From Amoebidium appalachense (Eukaryota > Protista > Ichthyosporea), in contig CAVNZM010000009.1 in the NCBI GenBank assembly GCA_963693365.1, forward strand, positions 9,631,581 to 9,695,580: a stretch of 64,000 bases of DNA, given 5' to 3'. Shown here in pieces: positions 57,323 through 64,000 of this stretch. The position numbers were made by a program, and so were the translations under genes. How positions within the stretch are numbered: the stretch's first letter is position 1; the number at the start of each line of letters is the position of its first letter. The notes beneath the pieces are model-generated. The model worked only from the letters and a program-made list of their open reading frames with translations, was not told the DNA's origin and made no database searches.

Positions 57323-58573
57323 GAAAGACGGTGACTCGGGTACGTAGTAAGCATTGATGCTGCACTGTTTTGGTTGGCCGTTGTAGTGCAGTGTCATGTT
57401 GATGATGCCACGTTGTTTGGCATTGACTGTGCCGAGGCCGTGAATGGGGGTGGGAGGACACGGGGTAAGGGAGGAGAAATACTCCTTGATGGGGCAGATG
57501 TGTGCATTACAAGCACTGTCCCAGACGGGGTCGTTACTGTCAGGTGTGCCGGTGGAGGAGATGAGTGCAAATTTCACACTCTTGTCGCCTTTCTCCTGCT
57601 TGGCACGACGAGCAACAGTACAGCCAGGCTCCGGGCATGCTGTGATGTGGTGGGGCTCATGGCAGTAGGAACACTCCACCTTCTTGGTGTTGTGCTGTCG
57701 GTTACGGTTGTCCCTGTTACCACGGTGGTAAGGGGAAGTTGAACAGGGGCCGGGTGACTTGGAGGAAGGACGAGGATCACGGGAACGGGACGGGGAACGG
57801 TGAGGTGTATGCTCACGTCGAGGAATACGGTTACGGAGGTCACCGGGGGGAAGCACTCTGCTCTGGAGTGCACGGAGGGGACGGTTGTTGACGGTTGCAC
57901 CAGTGCCTGCATCGATGAGGCCGGCACGGATTTCAGCTCCTCGGATGTCACTGATGAGCTGGTTGAAGGACGGGTAGGCCTTGTTGTTCATCCAGTAGTC
58001 GGAGCAGAGACGTTCAATGTCGGAGCAGACCAGGGCCGTGTTCTTCCTGAGGTGAAGGAAGAACTTACGTACGACATCCTTGTGCTGGACGGGCTCGTCG
58101 AGGCAGGCAAGTGTCGTAGCCAGACGTTGGAGACGGGTGAGGTATGCTGTGACGTTGGGGTAGTCTCGTAGTTCAAGCTCCTCGAAGGTGACTTGAATCT
58201 GGGTGACTCGGGCCTCCTTCTCTGCTACATACGCCATACGTAGGTTGTGGAAGACTTCACCACCGTGGACACCGTCTTGCATCCGGCCGGAGTCGTAGAG
58301 CTCGGTCGGGTGGACGGACTGGTTGAGGATCTGGTTGAGGACGTCGGAAGCTTTCTTGTAGGAGTCCTTGGTGGCGTAGCCTAGCCACTAGTTGGCTTCA
58401 GCGCCGTCAACCCACTGTGGCCTCTTGATAGCGTCAACGAATTTCTCGGCAATGGTTGTTCTAATGAACCGGTGAATGAGTGGCTCCCACTCGAAATAAT
58501 TAAGACGTTTCTCGTCTCGTTTCTCGGACGGATTCCATATTGGAAGGTTGATATACGACGGTTTGTCAGTCAT
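57323..58573 (-). pseudogene. copia A gag-protease (one nonsense codon)
   Basis: ATG at 58573; in-frame TAG at 58388-58390; zinc knuckle CSYCHEPHHITAC; protease VWDSACNAHI; AYYVPE. Confidence 0.9.
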
Positions 58574-58629
58574 GATTGAAGCAGTAAGACTGAGAGATTT
58601 TGCGGTTGTAACGAGATTGTGTGTTAGCG

Positions 58630-58648
58630 TGCAAAGGGGCCGTAAACC
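58630..58648 (-). other. Primer-binding-site position, non-TGG type (GGTTTACGGCCCC)
   Basis: Directly abuts the 5' LTR; resembles the copia/Ty5 half-tRNA PBS GGTTATGGGCCC. Confidence 0.6.
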
Positions 58649-59352
58649 TGTTATTTTGTGTGGGTAAACGGAGAAGCAGAGAGCACAGATGGGTGTTATG
58701 ATATACACAACACAGAGACACACGGGAAAAACACAACCGGAGAGGTGGAACGATTTCTGGAACCATAGGAAATGAATACGACTGCTTATGATTTATTTCA
58801 AGATGAAGTCCCTTTTATACTTGGGAATGTGAAACGATAAACCAATCAAAAGAACGAAAACTATGAGTGTAAAATATATCAATTAAAATGTCTGTCGACA
58901 CATAGAATATAAAACTCAATCCTCTAATGAAAGAAACTTCTAATAAAAGCACGGAAACATTTAACAAAATGAAACCACTTATGTAACTATTAATTCATAA
59001 CATACATTTATACATGTTCTTATCATAACACGTCTAAATATAATTATTCCTAATAGTTGGAGAACATAGCACAATGCTACGTCGTGGGAAAGGAATGAGA
59101 AAGGAATGTAAGTTACTATATTTGGGAAAATACAAACGAGATATGATTGGATGACATATATAGATTTTGACGCAAACGACAATACGTGTGCGCGAGCTAA
59201 GTATGTCGATACGTACACAGATCTAAGATGTCGTGTACACGGAAACAGAAAAGAAAGAAAGAAACGAAGAAAGGAAAAGGAAACAAACTACAACAACTAA
59301 TAAATACAAAACTCAACTTCTAAGTCTTGCTGAGAATCAAGTGAAGATGACA
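58649..59352 (-). repeat. 5' LTR of copia A
   Basis: 704 bp, near-identical to 36206-36909. Confidence 0.96.
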
Positions 59353-59450
59353 CCCACCCACCCACCCACCCCTTCTGCCCATGGGCCAATCACATACATG
59401 AGGCTCTTACAGCAACACCCATACCATGCAAGTAAATGTCCATACCTACT

Positions 59451-60172
59451 TGTTGTTTTGTACGGGTCTAAGGGAGCAGAGTGCACAGAGGTGTCATGTA
59501 AAACACGACTAACACATTAATGAGAGGGCAATCGGAGTTGTTCACGAGACATTGAAAGATTCAAACAACAACTGATTCTTTATTGTGCTCTCGGTTCCTT
59601 TTGTACTTGCGACTTATCATCTTATCACAACTAAAGAGGGAGAACCAATCGGTTCTATCAGAAGATAAAAAAACACATTCCGACAGAGCATACGCATTCC
59701 AACTTCCGATTAAACTAAAGTTTAGAAACTCTTACTTGAATAAATTAGGTAATTATACATCTAGTTAATAGTATTAACTCACATATATATTTATGTTCGT
59801 CTCTATAAAGAAACTTATTAAAATACATATATTTCCTAATAGTCGACACTCTCAAAGTGAAGACACTTTGCAATAAACCGAATTCCATATATATCTATTG
59901 TCCAATCACAACACACATATATTAATAGACAGGAATGCACAACACAATCTACAGATGTACTCGCTCGCGACTATTGGCGAGCCATCCTTTTGAGAACAAA
60001 ACTAAGCCATTTTGAAATAAAGGAAAGACAACGAGTGTAGCTAGCCAATCACGCTACCTCTCAGATAAAATAAGTTCTTATCAGGCAAGAGAGCCAGGTG
60101 TGCACAGATCTACAGATATCTGTGCCCACAGAAACAAGGGAGAGAGAGATACGGGGGGGGGGGGGGGGGGGG

Positions 60173-60233
<61 letters not shown>

Positions 60234-61784
60234 AGAGAAAAGAGAAAAAGCACAAAGAAGGAAAGCAGACACGAATACAAACAAGCTAAGACACATACAT
60301 ACTTCAAGGCTCTTGCTGTCATACATGGTGACGTATTCCAACATCCCCACTCAAGGGGTTGAAGTTTGTGTTCTCGTGTCCGTTGATGTGACGGTAGATG
60401 AGGTCCAAACACAGGAGGGGCCGTCACACTCAAGTTTCCCCACTCGAGGATGCAAACCGAAGATCCTTGAGGTGGGAAGGAGAGAATCAAAAAACTGAAG
60501 AGGCACACAACGACGGTTGCCTCTGAAGACTCGGAACAACTTGAATAAATCATGGTGGTTATCGTCGATATATATATATAGAGGAAACACTAGTGTATGT
60601 GTGACGTGTTGGTGGCTAATGTTTTATACTGGGGACCACCCAGGTAAACACAAGGCATGAACATCTTGTGGACTGATTTATAGACTGGTTGTCAACCAGT
60701 TAAGACACGGGGAAGGTCACGGTGCATCCCGTGGACTAGGTTTAGACTGGCAGTCAACCAGCTCGCAAGGCTATAGATAATTATTTATACTGGGTCGCCA
60801 TCCCAGTTCGACATATATATAAAGTCGAATATAGAAGAAAACCAATATATATGGTGGGATATGAATATAAATAAACGACGGATGGTGGAGAATAATCCCC
60901 ACTGAAGATGCACACACATGACGATGTAAGACTGAGTCCCCACTGATGAAGAGAAACGATGAGGAGTAGTAGACTTTCGTTGGGAGGCATCTTGCGCACC
61001 GTAGGTGTGTCAACTGCTGTCCAGGGCCCCAACCTACTCAGAAACCACTCGATGATGAACACCAGTGCATGGGTCAGTCACGGAGACTGAGGTTGGCACG
61101 GTGTGTGTCGTGGGCCGGACCAGCCAGAGGCTTGGTGAAGATGTCGGCCAGGTTCTTCTTGGTGTCGATGTAGGTGACAGTGACGTCCCCACTGGTGATG
61201 TAGTCCTTGGTGTTGAAGTAACGAACGGCAATGTGCTTGGTCCGGTGCTTGATGGTGTTGGAATGGACCAGAGCAATGGTGGACTGATTGTCACAGTACA
61301 CGGGGGTGGGCTCGGTCATGGGGTAGCCCAGCTCCTTTAGTAGATCACGGTGCCAGACAACATCTTGCACGGCAGCATTGAGGGCCAGGAGCTCGGCCTC
61401 ACAGGTGGAAGTTGCAGTGATCGTCTGCAGCTTGGAGTGGTAGGTGACGGGGGTGCCTTCGAGGAGGATGACGTACCCAGACGTGGAACGACGGGTGGTG
61501 GGGCAACCAGCAAAGTCAGAATCCGAGTAGCACTCAAGGATGGGCACCTTGCTGTTGGGGGCCTTCTTCTTGTAGTAGAGGCCGAGGTTGATGGTGCCGA
61601 GCAGGTAACGAACGACACGGAGGAGAAGCTCCCAGGCAGTCTTGGTGGGCTTGGAGCTGAATCGGCCGAGGTAGCCAATGGCATACGAGATGTCAGGCCG
61701 GGAGCACCGAGCAACCCACAGCAGACGGCCGAGGAGTTCACGGTAGGGGACGGTGGTGGGCAGGGAGGAGAGGGAGGTCTCGTT
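59451..61784 (-). mobile_element. 3' part of a second copia element (family B): LTR 59451-60343, PPT, RT end/RNase H 61074-61784
   Basis: PYRELLG, YSDSDFAG, CEAEL, CDNQS, KHIAVRY, ADIFTK; PPT CTTGAGTGGGGA before TGTTGG; LTR ends CAACA. Confidence 0.93.
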
Positions 61785-63713
61785 GAGGTTTTATTTGTGG
61801 AAATTATTGACATAAAAATTTTTCTGGGTAAACACGTAGGATGGGTGTCCGATATCAACAGGCTTCGTTTCATGTTTTAGCAGTTCGCGTTCGGCTGCCC
61901 GCAGACGGGCACCTATTAGCCGATCAAAACATCAGATTCCACAGATCACTAGACCGAGTTTGATTGGCTCAGGATAAGATTTCACATAACACTAGATCGG
62001 TTTTGATTGGCTCAGTTCGGTAGCCTTAGGTATATAAGCACGACAGTTTTTAGCAGATCAGCAAGCAACAACACATCTTCTGTGTTTAGCACCTACAGCT
62101 TTACAGCTATATTTTCTTTTTCACTCTCCCTATCTTTCCGTACGCCGGTCAGCATGCCGCCGAAAAAGCGCCAGGGCTCAGCCACCGCCCCTGCCGCGGC
62201 ACCCAAGCGCCTGACCCGCAGCGACCTCCGCCACAGGCTGACCAACGCTCCCGCGGACACTGACGCGCCTCCAGTGGCCCATACCACCACGGACCCGGAC
62301 CCGCCGGCTAGTCTCCCCCTCCCCCCCTGAAGTCCCCCCTCAGGCCCCGCCGTCCCCGCAGATGACTTCTCAAGACGCCGTCCTTGCCGCCCTCACCGCC
62401 ATCAGCACCCAGATGGCTGGCGTCCTGGCTGCTCTCACCAACCGCGACCCTCCCGCGCCCCCCGCCGCGCCCTCCGCACCCGGGGAGGTTTCCCCGGGGC
62501 TGCATCTCGGCCCTGACCTAGACCTACCTGCCCTGCCCGCGCCCCCCATCACAGGTGAGAACACTGGCGACATTCAGCCGGGCACACTCCCGCTTCCCCC
62601 CGCGGATGTGCTGGCAGATTTGCGCGCCAATCGTTTCGTCGACCTGTATAAGTTCACCCCCGCCGCCCTCCTGGCCCCATCCAAGAAAGGTCAGCATCTG
62701 CGCATGGCCGACGACTGCAGCATCGAGACTTTTCGCCAAGACAAACCCGTTCCCCTGCGTTCACTCGTCATTTGGATCCAAGCTTGGACCCATTACATGG
62801 CCGCCAAGCACCACCTCGGCCTACCCACGGACAAGGACGTACTTTGGACTCAGCACATCACTCGCCTCAGCATCCGATACCCGTGGGCCCAGATCCACAA
62901 CTATGACGTATACGCCCGAACCGTTGCCCACCAGCAGGGTCGGGCCCCGATCGAGTGTCCCAACCTGCTCGCCCAACTCCACCAGGATCTCCTCCTGCCA
63001 CCCACTCTGCTCATCCCGGACGCATGTCAGCGCTGTGGCTTCCCCGACCACCCCAGCGCGGCCTGCCCCATGTACCCCAACCCCGGCTGTGGTCTTGACG
63101 GCTTTAAGCCGCCCCACAAGCCCGGCGGGGGTCAAACCCCTAACCGCCCTGGCCCGCAACCCGGCCCGGCAAAACCGGCCCAACCCGTGGATCTACCCGC
63201 GACGCACTGCAGGAATTTCCACATTAACGGTCGGTCCTGCGCTAAGCAGCCCTGCCCCTTCTCCCACGTGTGCTCGCTCTGCTCTGGCACACACCCCCGC
63301 AAAGACTGCAAGCACAATGCCTAGTCTACGCGCACACCCACACACACTGCTAGAACATAGGGGTTAGGAGCTAGGACACACGAGTACAGGGAAACGGAGC
63401 TCGGGAGAACGGGCCAATAGGGCTGAGTACAAAATTTCGCAGGCCAACTACGGCGCCCGCGCGCGTCAAGAATAAATGTCCCTACACAAAGACGTTTATT
63501 CTGGCCACTGCACATAATTTTACTCCCCCCCCATCCCACGAGCCTCCCCCCCCCTTACACTCACCTAGCATTCCCTCCCCCCCCTTCTTCTACCTCTGTG
63601 TCCGCCCCCACCTCCGCGTGCTCGGGCACATTCCCCTGCACAGGGCCCCGCTGCCCTCCCTGCCAACCCTCACTCGGGCCCAGCTGCCCTACTCTAACCC
63701 CCCCGGGGCCCTG

Positions 63714-63748
<35 letters not shown>

Positions 63749-64000
63749 CTGCCGGGATCTCCCCGAGGGTGCCCCACCCTTGCTAACCACCCCTTCCCCC
63801 GAGGCTCAGACCCGGAGGCCCGCCCGCTGCCCCAGCACCACATTGACACCTCCCGCCTCCGGGAACTGCTGGCCTCCTACCCAGACCAATCATTCGCCGC
63901 ACAACTCCTCCACGATGTCGAATTCGGTGTCGACATCGGCTATCGCGGCCCCTCCACCTCTCGGGTGGGCCCCAACCTACCCACCACCCCGGAGGCAGCT
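61785..64000 (+). mobile_element. Second Ngaro copy inserted in the copia B RT (runs off the window)
   Basis: Near-identical to 42855 onward; begins at GAGG. Confidence 0.96.
62154..63324 (+). CDS. Ngaro ORF1 gag-like (62362-63324 open, 320 aa; N-terminal MPPKKRQ part offset in a C-run)
   Basis: Same zinc finger as copy 1. Confidence 0.88.

Larger units (their letters stand above)
36206..59352 (-). mobile_element. LTR-to-LTR Ty1/copia element (family A) carrying nested insertions
   Basis: Two 704-bp LTRs; TSD CCCAC at 36201-36205 and 59353-59357; gag/PR next to the 5' LTR, RT/RNase H and PPT next to the 3' LTR. Confidence 0.96.

Noticed and set aside
54490-58390. In-frame TAGs (54490, 58388) suggesting stop-codon reassignment
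   Set aside because: TAG also ends genes normally here (4453, 30077, 44395); point mutation in decaying TEs is simpler

Overview
Repeat-rich eukaryotic genomic DNA with spliceosomal introns full of G/C homopolymers and (CA)n/(TG)n tracts. It resembles a unicellular opisthokont such as an ichthyosporean, but that is an inference. The window is mostly nested mobile DNA: (1) a Ty1/copia element (~627-6000) split by a 929-bp solo LTR with a GTTAT TSD; (2) a 6-exon gene at 15614-23460 whose predicted splice is an open 1535-aa protein. It carries a DUF6729-like N-terminus, a MULE/hAT-like D-D-DxxH-E transposase signature and a complete WRN-like DEDDy 3'-5' exonuclease inserted inside the catalytic core; (3) an intronless double-AP2 gene; (4) the 3' part of a SANT/Myb (NCoR/Snt1-like) gene on the minus strand, with two solo LTRs in its introns and a 23-kb LTR-to-LTR copia (36206-59352, TSD CCCAC) just upstream of its 5'-most visible exon; (5) inside that copia, a 17.6-kb TIR element (39759-57320; CATCAGCAAAGG ends, 2-bp TSD) carrying 147-bp and 184-bp tandem arrays and a spliced cargo gene; (6) inside that, a complete Ngaro-type tyrosine-recombinase retrotransposon (42852-48277) with split direct repeats; (7) a second copia family interrupted by a second Ngaro copy that runs off the window end. 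Gene models and domain calls were made by eye from motifs and splice phase; no database search was run.
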